Assembly: GCF_963921235.1 (NCBI RefSeq)
Contig: NC_086097.1
Coordinates: forward strand, 151,096,001-151,160,000
Direction of reading: 5' to 3'
Source of the DNA: Mobula hypostoma
Lineage: Eukaryota
Length of the DNA stretch: 64,000 nucleotides
A program made the position numbers and the translations under genes. Below, piece by piece: positions 39,129 to 52,275 of this stretch; the first letter of the stretch is position 1, and each line of letters begins with the position of its first letter. The notes under the pieces were generated by a model. That model searched no databases. It had not been told where the DNA came from and saw only the letters and a list, made by a program, of their open reading frames with translations.

Positions 39129-40995
39129 TGTTATGTATGCGAGAGAAAGAGTGTCAATGATTAAATATTTTTACAATCTCATTTAATAACAGTATACGCT
39201 GGGCAATTTAAGGTGTGGGATCTACAGGACCAAAACAAACATATGGATTCTAAGGCCTGCATGAAAAGAGAAAACCCTCCTCGCATAGGAGCCCCAATCA
39301 ATTCACCATGCTATCAAATGGCCGCATACTCACCTGCCACATTCTTCCGAATAATATGAATCAGTTCATCCCTCTGCTGATGGTGACTGCATAGGAGTGA
39401 ATAAGTCAGGTTATCTGAGAAAAATTATGAAATGTCTATCCTGCTTGGTTGTGGTCAACTACTCAGTGCACCCTTATGGACTGCTGCAGGATGGTAGCTT
39501 CTTTCTCTTTGTCTTCCTTGTTAGCTGATATTGAGGAAAAGCATTGTGAACCTCCTCTTCTCTTGCTGAAGTGTCCATTGGTTTATTTGCTGGGACGATG
39601 GCTTCATCAGCAAATGACACTTCTTTAGGTTCCCTGGGTCCTCCCTTAGCTTCCTGGCATAAATGATCCAACTGTCAAATAACAATTCGTCTGTCTGTCA
39701 GCTAAAGTTCTGCTACTTGATCATGACAATGCCGGATGGCAGCTGGTAGCCAGGTTTTCTTCTTGAGAGATGTGCTTGTAGACTTTGACTCTGGAACCTA
39801 ACATTTGCAGCCAGCTGTGCATATTGTAATTTTGTCTCAGAACCTGTTGCTTGCTACAAATTTTCTCCTGGATTCCCAGTGTAGGAGCTCTAATCTGGTG
39901 AGTAAGGCCCACTTAAACACTAACTTGGTGGGTGATGCAGCTGTAGGTTCGTTTGGGGTAACTCGGGAATGAATGGAAAAGCAAATGGCTTAGCTTTGTC
40001 ATCAAGTCGCCCTGTGTGTTTATTTGGAAAGGCCTCATTCACCATTTGCACTGCTCACTCCACCAGGTTGCTGCATGATATGGAGCCACTGCAAGGTGCC
40101 TAATAACATTCCTCTCGACGAATTCCTTAAACCCTGCACTTGCCATTGTCAGAAATAATCCTTCCTGGAATGCTTAGCTTAGTGATGATAGTTGTGGAAG
40201 AACATGATGAATTAGTGACAATGCCTCTATCCACTTCAAATGGGCATCCACAATAACCAGAAACATGTGTCCCTGTCTCAGTCCAAAATAATCAATGTGC
40301 ATGCATTTCCATGAGTGATCAAACCAGGTCCATGGTTTAAGAGGGGGGCCTTTGGCAAATTTTTGTTTTTGTCTGCTGAGATACAGAGCAGATGCACATC
40401 ATGTTCTCAATATCGGTGTCCATTTTAGGCCACCACACGTAGCTTCTTGCCAGTGCCTTCATTCTCAGCACATCTGGGTAGGAATCATGCAGATCGCCAT
40501 GCACAAGCTTGAGGTCTTGGCGGAGGGAGAACCACAATATGACTAATTCGGGTGGAGGGTGGATAGGCCAGATAACCCGTAGTGCCCTTTTCACCTCTGG
40601 TGGAGTGGATCCTGGGCAGTCCACTAACTCTGTAACAATTGGACAACTTCGAATGGTGGTATGCTAGTTGCGGCGACCTCGATTACTGGTAATCTGCTTA
40701 AGGCGTCTGTCACCCCGTTTTCTTTTCCAGGTGTATACTTCACTGTGTAAGAGTAGGCCAATAAGGTCAATGCCCATCGTTGCATCCTGGGTGATGACTT
40801 CATGTCTCCTCCCATTCAGCCTAGGAGAGGCTTATGATGAATATGGATTTCAAACGGACATCAAATTAGGTACAGATGGAAGCACTTAATGCCAAACATA
40901 AGGGCTGGGGTTTCTTGATCAAGCTGTGAATAATTTGTCTCCAACTGATACATTTTCTTGAAGCAAACACAATAGCCACTTCTGTTTCACAAGAA

Positions 40996-42188
40996 CAGGG
41001 GTCCCCAACCTTTTTTGCATTGCAGACCGGTTTAATATTGACAATATTCTTGTGGACCAGCCAACCTGGGGGTGGGGGGGGGGCGTGGGGTGTTGCCAAC
41101 AGACAAGAGTCGCAGTCAAATACGTTGGGTTTACTCCGAGAAAGACTACAATGACCATGAAGCCTTGCGCGGGCACCAGTGCGCATGCGTGACGCGTGTA
41201 CGTGCCGATTTTTTTTCTACAAATTGTTTTTGGCAATTCTGTTCGGGGGGGGAGGGGTGTTAATCACGACTGGAATATAGATGATAAGTGGCTAATACAC
41301 TCAATTTCGTTTCTAAAAGGGTTTATCTAACGAATTTAATATTAAACACACAGCCCATATTTTCCTCGCATGAATATGGTGATTCGTCAATTATCAGGGG
41401 AGGACAGGGGAGCTTGAAGTAAGTGTTGAAAGAACTTCCAGTAGAAGTGGTAGAGGCAGGTTCGATATTATCATTTAAAGTTAAATTGGATAAGTATATG
41501 GACAGGAAAGGAATGGAGGGTTATGGGCTGAGTGCAGGGCGGTGGGACTAGGTGAGAGTAGCGTTCGGCATGGACAGAAGGGCAGAGATGGCCCGTTTCT
41601 GTGCTGTAATTGTTATATAGTTATATGGTTATATAAGTAAGTCAATAGCATCATAACATTTTAAGTAACGTTTGGATATTAAACACACAGCCCGTATGAA
41701 CATATAAAATCATTGCAACACACCAATGTCACTGAAGCAGTGGGAGCCCTGGGCTTGTTTCCCTGCAACAAGGCAGTCCCATTGAAGGGTGGTGGGAGAC
41801 GGCGATACTCGAAGGGGGTTCCTTATGTCCAGTCTATTCCGCAATTTGGTTTCGTTGCATTCATTGCGGAGATATGCTGGAAATGGAAGCAACGTTTTCA
41901 GTGCTTTTTGTGGCTATCTCAGGATATTTAGCCTTGACTTTGATCCAGAATGCCGGCAGAGAGTCAAACATACTTTTCAGCCCGCCGTCATGTGCAAGCT
42001 CGAGGAGTTGATCTCCTTCCGGCGCTGACATGAATGATGCGTGCATTCAAGCTCAACAGTGGCAGTGACAGGGAATGAGGAAAGGTGCAGCTGACTAATA
42101 TCGCCAAATCATATCGTTTCCTCGCGGCCCGGGGGCGCACGCTTTGCGGCCCGGTACCAGTCTGCGGCCCGGTGGTTGGGGACCGCTG
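40996..42188 (-). mobile_element. Non-autonomous hAT element, copy 2
   Basis: Same TIRs and internal layout as 27188-28356 in reverse orientation; TSD cacaagaa/cacaagag. Confidence 0.95.
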
Positions 42189-42769
42189 CACAAGAGTACA
42201 ATCCTTCCCCATATGGTGAGATGTCACTACAGGTTTTCATAATGCACCAACACATACAAAGAACTGAGATCGGTTTTTACCTGTGGAATGCCTTCTGCTT
42301 AGTTCCCGACCATCCCCTGTGCTGGTCCTTCTGGAGAATTCGGTACAGGGGCTTTAATGCTGCAGCCAATTGATTCAAAAACCAATTGTAATGAGTGACT
42401 AGTCCAAGGAATGAGTGAATCTGCACCACTTTTTGACGATGTGGTACTTTTAAGGCTTTGATTTTGTGCTTCTGCAGATGGAGACCCATTTTGTTGATTT
42501 TGAAGCTCAGATAATCAACTGAGTCAGCCAAAATAATGCATTTGTCTTTCTTTAGAGTAAAGCCAGCCTCCTGTAAATGGAAGTACTTTGTCTAGTGTCG
42601 CAAGCTGATGGGTCTCTGGTCTCCCGGTTACTAAAACACCATCAGGGTAGGCACAGACATGGGGGATATCTTTAACCAAATTATCAGTAAGGCATTAGAA
42701 TATATCTGGGGCTGAACTCACTCCCAATGGCAGCCACTTGTATCAAAACAGGCCTCTGTGGGTACTGAT

Positions 42770-43385
42770 TGTCATTACCTCCCGAGAGTCTTCATCCAGA
42801 GTGACCTGATTATAGCCATGTTCAGGTCTAGACCTGAGAATCATGTTAACCTGCAGGATATTTCACCCAAATTCCACCAACACATCACCATGGCCACTAG
42901 GGGAATGAACCAACTAGAACATATTTATACAGACAGACGCGGTACTCACAAAGCCATCCCACGCTCTCATCTTGGCCTCTCTGACTACAGCCTATAATAT
43001 TTATCCCAGCATACTGATCACAGCTGAAAATGGAGAAACCAGTCAAATGGGCCATTGCTGTATGGCCTAGTGCAGCAATCTCTATGCTTCAAGACTGTTT
43101 TGAATGGGTTAACTGGCAAACGTTCAAGGAGGCCACTACAAAGAGAGAAGATGCAGACCTCGAGGAATATTCCTCATCTGTCACCAGCTACATCAGTAAG
43201 TGTGTAGATGTCATTGGTACATCAAGGACGTCCTCATGGCCTAAGCAGAAGCCCAGGCAAAACACAGAGGTGTGCTGTCTACTAAAGGACTGTATGCTGT
43301 CTTAAGTCTGGAGACAGGACAGTCAGGAGCAATCTCATTTTTGGTATCAAGAAGGCAAAGACCACCTATGCACAAAAAGTTCAGG
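42770..43385 (+). mobile_element. Rex/L2-type LINE endonuclease and linker fragment
   Basis: QHITMATRGMNQLEHIYT..HLGLSDY and WP..LQDCFEWVNWQTF. Confidence 0.75.
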
Positions 43386-43399
43386 AATACCTGTCTGAT

Positions 43400-44070
43400 A
43401 ACAGAGTCAACCCCCATAAAATGGCTAGTGGACGGAGAGAGGGTTTAAAAGAAGCCAGCCAGGACAGTTGATACATTTTGCGTGCCATAGTTCCTGAGGA
43501 GTCATCGGATTTCTTAGCAGGAAAATGAATTAAAAAGAAGTGAGTGAGGGTGGTTTTCACATTTTGCACTCCACAGTTCCTGAGGAGACATTGCGCATAA
43601 TCAGGCACTTGGCACGATCCAATAAAAAGAAGTTAGGTTTAAGTGGAGAGGCGTTTGTGGGAGTGGGCCAGTGTTAGAATGAGGTGTTGAGGCTTTGGGT
43701 CATCGAGGCTTCAGCGAGAAGAGGCATAAGCAATAAATAAAAATTTATTTAATCATTTTTTAATCCTTGTTTTTTTCTTACTGCACATTTAGAGCAGTGG
43801 GGATGCCAGGCAGGATAGTGGAATGTTCCTCTTGTGGGACGTGGGAAGTCAGGGAGACCTCCAGTGTCCCTGACGACTTCTCCTGCAAGTAGAAATATTT
43901 AAAGCGGGGGTTGATAGGTTCTTGATTAGTCAGCACATCAAAAGTTACAGGGAGAAGGCAGGAGAATGAGGTTGAGAGGGATAAAAAAAATCAGCCATAA
44001 TAGTATAGGCAGAGGAGACTGAATAGGCTGAATGGCCTAATTCTGCTCCGAAGTCTCATTTTCTTATGTT
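43400..44070 (+). mobile_element. CR1 5' UTR/ORF1 start joined to a CR1 3' tail
   Basis: gaggctttgg..atgccaggcaggatagtggaatgttcctcttgtgggacgtgggaagtc..gtccctgacgac parallels 60955-61050; CR1 tail at 43895-44070. Confidence 0.7.
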
Positions 44071-44908
44071 CGGCTCTTCTCTTCATCTTGACTAAGTTCA
44101 GCAACACTGAAGGAAATGACTGTGGATGTAAAAGCTGGAAACACTCAGCTGAGAGGGGACACGGGACTGGAATCTGGTGTGACAAACAATTCTACTGGAT
44201 GTACTGAGTTCTTCCAGCAGGTTATAAATTGCTGATGGAGACACTCAGCAGTTCATTAATCTGAAACATTGACACTTTTACTTTCTCCATGGATGCTGCC
44301 TGAACTGACGAGTACTTTCAGTATTTTCTGTTTCATAACAATTTTCCATTTCTTATGCAAATATTCAATCATAACTCAATGATGAGTGAAGGATTTAAGC
44401 CCTCATCACAAATTAAAATAGCATTTGGGAAGAGTTGACCATGGAGTTAATTAATTAAGGGTAGTTTGTTTCTTTGCCACTGAGTTCTCTACTGCTTGCT
44501 AACTTGACTATTATTCTCTCTCTCCTTGGGCCTCTGCACTTTCTGCATTGGTTTTCTCCCACTGCAGCCAGGTCCAGCGTTTGGTTTTGCCATAGCTGTG
44601 GCCCAAAATAGATTGGGGACTTGGAGCAGAGTGGCCATTCTTGTTCTGATCCTCATTGTCAAATATTACATACACACAGAGCAAGAATGACAGAGTCATA
44701 TGATTAAACATTTTTACTGAATCATGTCAGTAATGGTACACGCTGGGCAATGTACAGGGCCAGCCGAGATGAAAACAAAAGTGCGCACTTGAAAGCCCAT
44801 GTGAAAAGAGAGAGCCCTCTGTGCACTGGAGGCCGAATCAATTCACTGCACTATCAAAAGGCTGCGTGTGCATCTGTCACATTTTTGTCATCGATCTGAT
44901 ACGATACA

Positions 44909-45725
44909 GGGAGGATGTGAAAGCTTCAGAGGGTGCAGAGAAGATTTACCAGGATGCTGCCTGGATTAAAGAGCATGTCTTATGAGGAAAGGTTGTGTGA
45001 GCTCCGGCTTTTCTCTTTGGAGCAAAGGAGGATAAGAGGTGACTTGATAGAGATGTACAATATGTTAGGGAGCATAGTCAGGATGGCAGCCAGTGCCTTT
45101 TTCCGAGAGCAGCAATGGAAACATGAGAAGGCATACTTCCAAGGTGACAGGAGGAAAGTACAGGGGGATGTCAGAGGTGTTTTTTTTTGACACAGAAGGT
45201 GATAAGTACATGGAACACACTGCTGTGGTGGTGACAGAGGCAGATACATTAGGATGGCATGTAGCCTAGTAGTTAGTTTAATGCTTTACAGTGCCAACAA
45301 GCAGGGTCCAATTCCCACCACTTCTGTAAGGAGCTTGTACATTGTGGATTTTTTCCAAGTGCTCCAATTTCTTCCCACATTCCAAAGAAGCATGGGTTAG
45401 TAAGTGTTTTTGAGCTGTGGGCAGGTACGGCATCGCTTGCTGACTGCTCCCAGGACATTTTCTGACTGTGTTCATCATTAAAGCAAACAACACTTTTCAC
45501 TCTATGCTCTGATGTTTCGCTAACATGTGATAAATAAAGCTAATCTTTATCTACATTCGGGATATTTAAAAGGCTCTTGAAGGCAGATGGATGAAAGAGA
45601 AATTAAGGACTCTGTGGGAGGGAAGGGTTAAGTTGACTTTGGAGTAGGTTATGAGTTTTGCAGAACAGTGCATGCGGAAGGCTTGTACTGCACTATACTG
45701 TTCTAAATTCTATGTTCTCTGCTGT
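44909..45725 (+). mobile_element. 3' remainder of the CR1 at 36560-39128
   Basis: [31 protein letters not shown], with a (gttctat)n-like tail. Confidence 0.88.
45252..45555 (+). mobile_element. V-SINE/HE1-type SINE inserted into CR1
   Basis: tRNA-like head, ccaagtgctccaatttcttcccacattccaaaga, tail aataaagctaatctt; tacatt on both sides. Confidence 0.75.
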
Positions 45726-46194
45726 ACGTTCTATGTTCTGTATGAGCTCCAGACATTCAGCATTAAAAATGGCCTTTCAGCCCTCTGATAGCAGTTACAC
45801 CAATGGCACACTAAACCTTTTCTTATTCTCCGACATTCCTGCCGTTCTGCTGCTCAGCCACACAGCAGGGGCAGTTGATCCCGCAACCTGCACACCTTTG
45901 GGATCTGGTAGGAAACTGAAGCACCTGCAGAAATCCCACACAGGTCACAGGAAGAATGTACAATCTCCACACAAACAACACCAGAGGCTAGGATAGCTGG
46001 AAGTGTGTGGCTACAGCTCCTCCAGTGGTGTCACTGTGGCATTCTGTTGTCCCCAGTATCACCTGATTGATGCCATTTTAATTCATGAAACCTTTGCTTC
46101 TACAAGTGAGGGGTGACCTTTGGTTTCACCACCAGGTTCTTCGGGATCCCTATCCAGTTCCCAGATTTCGAATTGTCTCCTACACAATGACACC

Positions 46195-46810
46195 AGAAGA
46201 ACTCAGGTTCATTATAAAAGCAAGGGTGTGATGCTGAGGCTTTATAAGGCACCGGTGAGGCCTCACTTGGAGTATTATGAGCAGTTTTGGGCCTGTATTT
46301 AAGAAAGGATGTGTTGACATTGGAGAGAGGTTCACAAGAATGATTCTGGGAATGAAAGGGTTATCTATCATAAGAGGAGCAATTGATGATTCTGGGCCTT
46401 TACTCACTGAAATTTAGAAGAATGGGGAGGGGGGGGGATCTCATTGAAACCTATTGAATGTTGAAAGGCCTAGATAGAGTAGATGTGGCAAGGATGTTTC
46501 CTAGGACCAGAGGGCACAGCCTCAGAATGGAGGAACGTCACTTAAGAATGGAGGAAACATGAGGAGGAATTTCTTTAGCTAGAGGGTGGTGAATCTGTGG
46601 AATTCATTACCACAGGCTCCCGTGGATCCCAGTTCATAGTGTGTATTTAAGGCAGAAGTTGATAGGTTCGTGATTAGTTAGGGTGTGGAAGTTTACAGGT
46701 AGAAGGCAGGAGAAGGAGGTTGAGAGGGAAATGGATCAGCAATGATGAAATGGTGAAACAGACTTGATGGGCTGAATAGCCTAATTCTGTTCCTATGTCT
46801 TACGGTCTTA
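46195..46810 (+). mobile_element. CR1 3' fragment
   Basis: LRLYKAPVRPHLEY and tail cctaattctgttcctatgtctta. Confidence 0.88.
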
Positions 46811-46827
46811 TTAACTAACTGTACTGC

Positions 46828-46903
46828 AGGGTTTCACAACTTGGGGTCCACGGACCTTGCTTAATGGTATTGGTCCATGATGTAAACAAGGGTGGGAACC
46901 CCC
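46828..46903. mobile_element. Very short hAT-type MITE
   Basis: Ends cagggtttcacaac / ggtgggaacccccg resemble the hAT TIRs; TSD is poor. Confidence 0.45.
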
Positions 46904-46974
46904 GCCGTAGTCTGACTTCTACTACCAGCTGATTGTTTGCAGCATTTGTTTTGAAAACATCAATGACCTTCAAT

Positions 46975-47250
46975 AAACTCTTCTTAGGCTTCCTGCTGGG
47001 TACAGGTATTGATTATAACTGACGCTTCGATAACGAATTTGCCATCTTCTTCAGGGATGATGCCTGGGTATGTCAAGTCCAGAGGTATTTATATCCTTGT
47101 AGTTTGTCCCTCCTGATTGGTTAGTCCTCATCCAATCGGGTTTCCACTCTCCCACTTTCTTTACAATTGAAATCCAGTTCTTACTTAAAGCGAGACCTTT
47201 GTTAAAATTCTTTTCCTCTAGTTTTATTTCAATGGCTTTCTTTACCAAAA
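46975..47250 (-). mobile_element. Penelope-like element 3' fragment (second family)
   Basis: LLVKKAIEIKLEEKNFNKGLALSKNW resembles a GIY-YIG endonuclease C-terminus and is followed by a hammerhead-like motif. Confidence 0.75.
47016..47058 (-). ncRNA. Degenerate hammerhead ribozyme motif
   Basis: CUGAAGA-a-GAUGGC(aaauuc)GUUAUC-GAAG-C-GUC: stem II is intact, but GAAA has become GAAG. Confidence 0.6.
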
Positions 47251-47492
47251 GCTGGGAAAGCACTAAACCTTTTAACAGTAATTTTCCTTTCACTGGTAGC
47301 TTATCTGCAGCTATTACCTTCTCGGCAAAGTTTCCATTTCCAGTAAAGTTAGACTGGCATCGCAAAAGCAGCTCTGAGTTGCGTCTGATATTTCCTCCTT
47401 TCCTTACTTTTCAATTACCAGCTTGATTATTGTGGGTCTGTGCATAAATGTGCTCCTCTAGTTTTAAATATTATAATATGGCTAACACTCAC

Positions 47493-47838
47493 AATCCCTC
47501 TTCCCTTTACAAGAAACGTATTTTCCTTTTTCTTCATCTGCCACATATTTCTCCAGTTTGTTTGTATTTCTTTGTCATCTTGTGATTCTTATCAATTTTC
47601 CTTATAATTCATAATTACAGCGTTTAGAGTTCTCCTCAGCTCTGAAGTCCCAATCACTGAAGGAAAGTTCAATTTAGTTTTATGGAGTTATGGATAAACA
47701 AATTAATTAATCAAACATAAGTTCTGGTGAAAGAACTATAAAGTATAAATTCACCTTCAGTTGTTTATTTTGAATATCCATTCCATTGTGGGAGTACAGT
47801 GTGTGTCGCTGCTGGGTTTCTGTCCCAGATCTTCCATG
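47493..47838 (-). pseudogene. Two candidate exons (47755-47838, 84 nt; 47493-47656, 164 nt)
   Basis: tattctggtttcag|...AAG|gtgaat and gaactttccttcag|...T|gtgagt, separated by a 98-nt intron; three in-frame stops in the chained frame. Confidence 0.4.
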
Positions 47839-48051
47839 CTGAAACCAGAATACATTTACAACTGATACTGTGACCAGATTTCTAGCCCTTGGTCTAATAT
47901 GAGCAATGATTTCTAGCCAACTCATCCTCCAAGTTCTGATTAATCCTATTGATTCAACATTATTTACATGAATTGTTTTAGGAGGTATCATGTCATGTGC
48001 ACTAATGAATGTTGATATTATCCATGTTCCTTTATTTATTTCCATTTTAAG

Positions 48052-48430
48052 GTATAAGAGCAGAATTAGGCCAATTGGCCTATTGAGCCTGCTCCGCTAT
48101 TCCATCATGGCTAATTTATTATCACTCTCAACTCCATTCTCCCGCATTCTCTCTGGAACATAACCTTTGACGCCCTGATTGATAAACAACCTATCAACCT
48201 CTGTTTTAAATATGCTGAATGACTTGGCCTCCATCACCATCTGTGGCAATGAATTCCACAGATTCACCACCCTCTGGTGAGAGAAATTCCTTCTCACCTC
48301 TCTTCCAAATGGATGTCCCTCTATTCTGAGGCTGTGCCCTCTGGCCATAGACCCACCCCCTGTAGGAAACATCCTCTCCATATCCACTCTGTTTAGGCTT
48401 TTCAATGTTCAATAGGTTTCAATGAGATTC
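48052..48430 (-). mobile_element. CR1 3' fragment
   Basis: ORF 48097-48405 RGHSLRIEG..QRVVNLWNSLP. Confidence 0.9.
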
Positions 48431-48804
48431 CGCATCCCCACCTTCCGTACGTTTGTCTGCCAATCCTTTCTCCCTCTTACTACCTCTCCAGTGTCGTTTT
48501 TCTGGTGGCGCAATATCCACTCTCGCCTCTTTTAATAAATAATAATAATATTCATCATAATAATAAGTAATTTATTGATCCTGAGTGTGAAATACTTTTG
48601 TTACAGCAGCAACATTTAAAAACACTTAGCAGTGTGCAGACTTAACTAATAATAATGTACAGAATAATACTTTACACAATAATAATTTACCAATGTGCAG
48701 TAATAATGTATGAAATAATAAAGCAGAGACTATTGTACAAGATGTGTGTTCTCTTGTTGCACCTACTATATATCTGAAAAAAATTGGTATCCTTTTTAAT
48801 ATTA

Positions 48805-49433
48805 TTAGATTATGAAGACACGTAGTCCTCTTTTATTGTCATTTAGTAATGCATGCATTAAGAAATGATACATTATTTCCTCCGGTGTGATATCACAAAA
48901 CAAAGGACAGACCAAGACTGAAAAAACTGACAAAACCACATAATTATAACATATAGTTACAACAGTGCAACAATACCATAACTTGATGAAGAAGTCCATG
49001 AGCACAGTAAAGTTCAAGGTTTCTCAAATGTCCCACATCTCACGCAGAGGGGAGAAGGAAGAAAAATTCTCCCTGCCATGCCGACCACAGTCCGACTCTG
49101 AGTCATCTGAAAACTTCGAGCTCTGATCAGCTCTCCGACACCAAGTATTGAGCGCCATCTCTGTCCGAACGATTCGACCTGAACCTCGGTCGCCAACAGC
49201 AGGCAAAGCTGGGGATTTTGAGGCCTATCTTCCGAAAGATTCCCGACCACAGAGTAACGACAGCAGCGAACGAGCGTTTCAGAAATTTCTCCAGATGTTC
49301 CTCTGTGCTTTCACGTCCATTCTCCATCAAATCAGAATTGTCCACGGCCCCTATTTAACAGATATGATATCATTTTTCACCGGAGGGCTGCGCACACGCA
49401 GGCGCACTGCTCTCTCTCCTCCCTCCTTCCCTT
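48805..49433 (-). mobile_element. CpG-rich non-coding retroposon with LINE-like tail
   Basis: Reverse tail aaatgacaataaaagagg..cataatctaat, GC-rich head, no recognisable protein. Confidence 0.5.
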
Positions 49434-49595
49434 TCAGCTAGCTAGCTTACCTTCATATTTCATATTTTCCCTCTTTATGGTTTTTTTAGTTGATTTCTGT
49501 TGATTTTTAAAAGCTTCCCAATCCTCTAACTTCCCACTAATTTTTGCTATATTATACTGCACGTCCTCTCCTTTGCTTTTGTTCTGCCTTTGACT

Positions 49596-50725
49596 TCCCT
49601 TGCATCTCCGGAACCTGGGCCTTAGCACTCAGATCTGCAGCTGGATCTTCAACTTCCTCACAGACAGGACCCAGGGTGTAAAAATAGGGGACAAGCTCTC
49701 CTCTGCAATCACTCTGAGCACCGGTGCCCCACTAGGCTGTGTACTCAGCCCCCTGCTGTACTCTCTGTACACCCATGATTGTGTAGCCAAGTTTCCATCG
49801 AATTCAATATATAAGTTTACTGATGACACCACAATTGTAGGCCGTATCTTGGGTAATGATGAGTTTGACTACAGAGAGGAAATTAAGAACCTGGTGGCAT
49901 GGTGCGAAGACAATAACCTATCCCTCAACATCAGCAAGACAAAGGAATTGGTTGTTGACTTCAGAAGGAGTAGTGGACCGCACGACCCAATTTACATCAG
50001 TGGTGCACAAGTGAAACAGGTCAAAAGCTTTAAGTTCCTCGGGGTCAATATCACAAATTACCTGAGTTGGTCCAACCAAGCAGAGTTCACTGCCAAGAAG
50101 GCCCACCAGAGCCTTTAATACCTGAGAAAACTAAAGAAATTTGGCCTGTCCCCTAAAACACTCACTAATTTTTACAGATGCACTGTAGAAAGCATTCTTC
50201 TGGAGTGCATCACAACCTGGCACGGAAGTTGTCCTGTCCCAGACCGGAAGAAGCCGCAGAAGATCGTGAACACAGCACAGCACATCACACAAACCAATCT
50301 TCCATCCTTGGACTCACTTTACACCACACGCTGTCAGAGCAGTGCTGCCAGGATAATCAAGGACATAACCCACCCAGCCAACACACTTTTCGTCCTTCTT
50401 CCCTCCGGGAGAAGGCTTTGGAGCTTGAAGACTCGTACGGCCAGATTTGGGAACAGCTTCTTTCCAACTGTGATAAGACTGCTGAACGGATCCTGACCTG
50501 GATCTAGGCTGTACCCTCCAAATATCCAGACCTGCCTCTCGGTTTTTTTGCACTACCTTACTTTCCCTTTTCTATTTTCTATTTTTGATTTATAATTTAA
50601 ATTTTTAATATTTACTATCGATTTGTACTCCAGGGAGCACGAAGAGAAGAATCAAATATTGCTGTGATGATTGTACGCTCCAGTATCAATTGTTTGGCGA
50701 CAATAAAGTATAAAGTATAAAGTAT
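49596..50725 (+). mobile_element. Rex/Babar-type LINE, 5'-truncated (RT and 3' UTR)
   Basis: [44 protein letters not shown], with a (aaagtat)n tail. Confidence 0.93.
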
Positions 50726-51890
50726 CTGAATGTATCTATCCTGCATCTTCCGAATTGCTCCCAGAAACTCCAGCTACTGCTGCTTTGCTGTCATCCCTGC
50801 TAGCGTCCCCTTCCAATCAAATTTGGCCAACTCCTCTCCCGAGCTTCTGTAATTTCCTTTATTCCACTATTTAATTCTGATATATCTGGCATTAGCTTCT
50901 CCCTCTCAAACTACAGGGTGAATTCTATCATTTTATGATCATTGACTTCCAAATGTTCCTTTACTTTAAGCTCCTGAATCAAATCTGCCTCATTACACAG
51001 TACCCAATCCAGAATTGCCTTTCCCCTGGTGGGCTCAACCACAAGCTGCTCTAAAAAGCCATCTCATCAACATTCTACAAATGACCTCTCTTGGGATCCA
51101 GCACCAATAATTTTCCCAATCTACCGGCATATTTAAATCACCCAAAACTGCTGTAACATGCTTTATTACATGCATTTTCTATTTCCCATTGCAATTTGTA
51201 GCCCACATCCTGACTAAGGTTCAGAAGCCTGTATATAACTCCCATAAGTGTCTTTTTACCCTTGCAGGTTCTTCCCTCTACCCACAAGGATTCTACATCT
51301 TCTGATCTTATGCCATCTCTTTCTGAGGATTTAATTTAATTTTGACCATCAGAGCTACCCCACTCCCTCTCTTTACCTGCCTTCCTTTCAATCAAGATGC
51401 ATCCTTGGATATTAAGTTCCCAACTATATTATTCATATTACCTTGGAGATCCGGCTCTTCAGCTTCTTCCCTAACTCCCTAAACTCACTGTACAGGACTT
51501 CTTCCCCCTTTCTACCGAAGTCATTGGTGCCAATGTGCACCCTGACCTCTGACTGTTCACCCTCCCTTTCAAGAATCTTCTGCAGCTGGTCGGAGACCTC
51601 CTGAACCCCAGCACCTAGGAGGCAACGTACCATCCTGGCTTCTCTTTCACGGCCACCGAACCTGCTGTCCGTCCCTCTGACTGTCGAGTTTCCTATCACT
51701 ACTTCTCTGCCTGACTTTACTCTTCCCTGCTAAGCCTCAGAGGCAGTTTCAGTGCCACTGGCCTGGCTGCTGCTGCTGTGCCCTGATAGGCCATCCTCCC
51801 CCTGCACTGTTCAAAGAGATGTACTTGTTGCTGAGGGAAATGGCCACAGGGGGACCCTGCACTGGCTGCTTACTCCCCTCACTTCTCCTG
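50726..51890 (-). mobile_element. CR1 APE and ORF1 esterase fragments (also 49434-49595)
   Basis: IGNSTVRGTD..CLLGAGV..VHIGTNDFG is an SGNH esterase; APE-like sequence spans 50.9-51.4 kb. Confidence 0.85.
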
Positions 51891-51904
51891 GTGAGGTCGG
51901 TCAA

Positions 51905-52275
51905 GCCGGGACTTTATTCTTTAGCGTGTAAGAAACTGAGAGGTTATCTTATAGAGGTGCATAAAATGATGAGGAACATAGATATGGTGAATACATCCAG
52001 TCTTTTCCTAGAGATGTGGAATCAAGAACCAGAGGGCATAAGTGAGAAGGGAAAAGGTTAAGAGGGGCTTGAAAGGCAACTTTATTTTTTACACAAAGGG
52101 TGGTATCTATGTTGAATCAGCTGTCAGAGGAAGTGTTTGAGGCAGGCACAATAACAACTTTTGAAAGACTGTTGGACGGATACATGGATTGGAAGGGTTT
52201 AGAAGGCTGAGGACCAAACACTGGCAAATAGGACATAGATAGGGCATATATCAGTGCAGTATAGCTGTATGACTC
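51905..52275 (+). mobile_element. CR1 3' fragment
   Basis: GLYSL..KLRGYLIEVHKMMR and tail ctgtatgactct. Confidence 0.8.

Larger units (their letters stand above)
39129..44908 (-). mobile_element. Old Gypsy LTR retrotransposon with nested insertions
   Basis: Diverged LTRs of about 240 bp (39129-39368 and 44664-44908), TSD ggaag/gggag, PBS tgacaatgaggat (CpG-decayed tRNA-Ser type), RMQRWALTLLAYSYTVKY..DALSRLP, MKALARSYVWWP and SFLGLVTHY. Confidence 0.85.
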
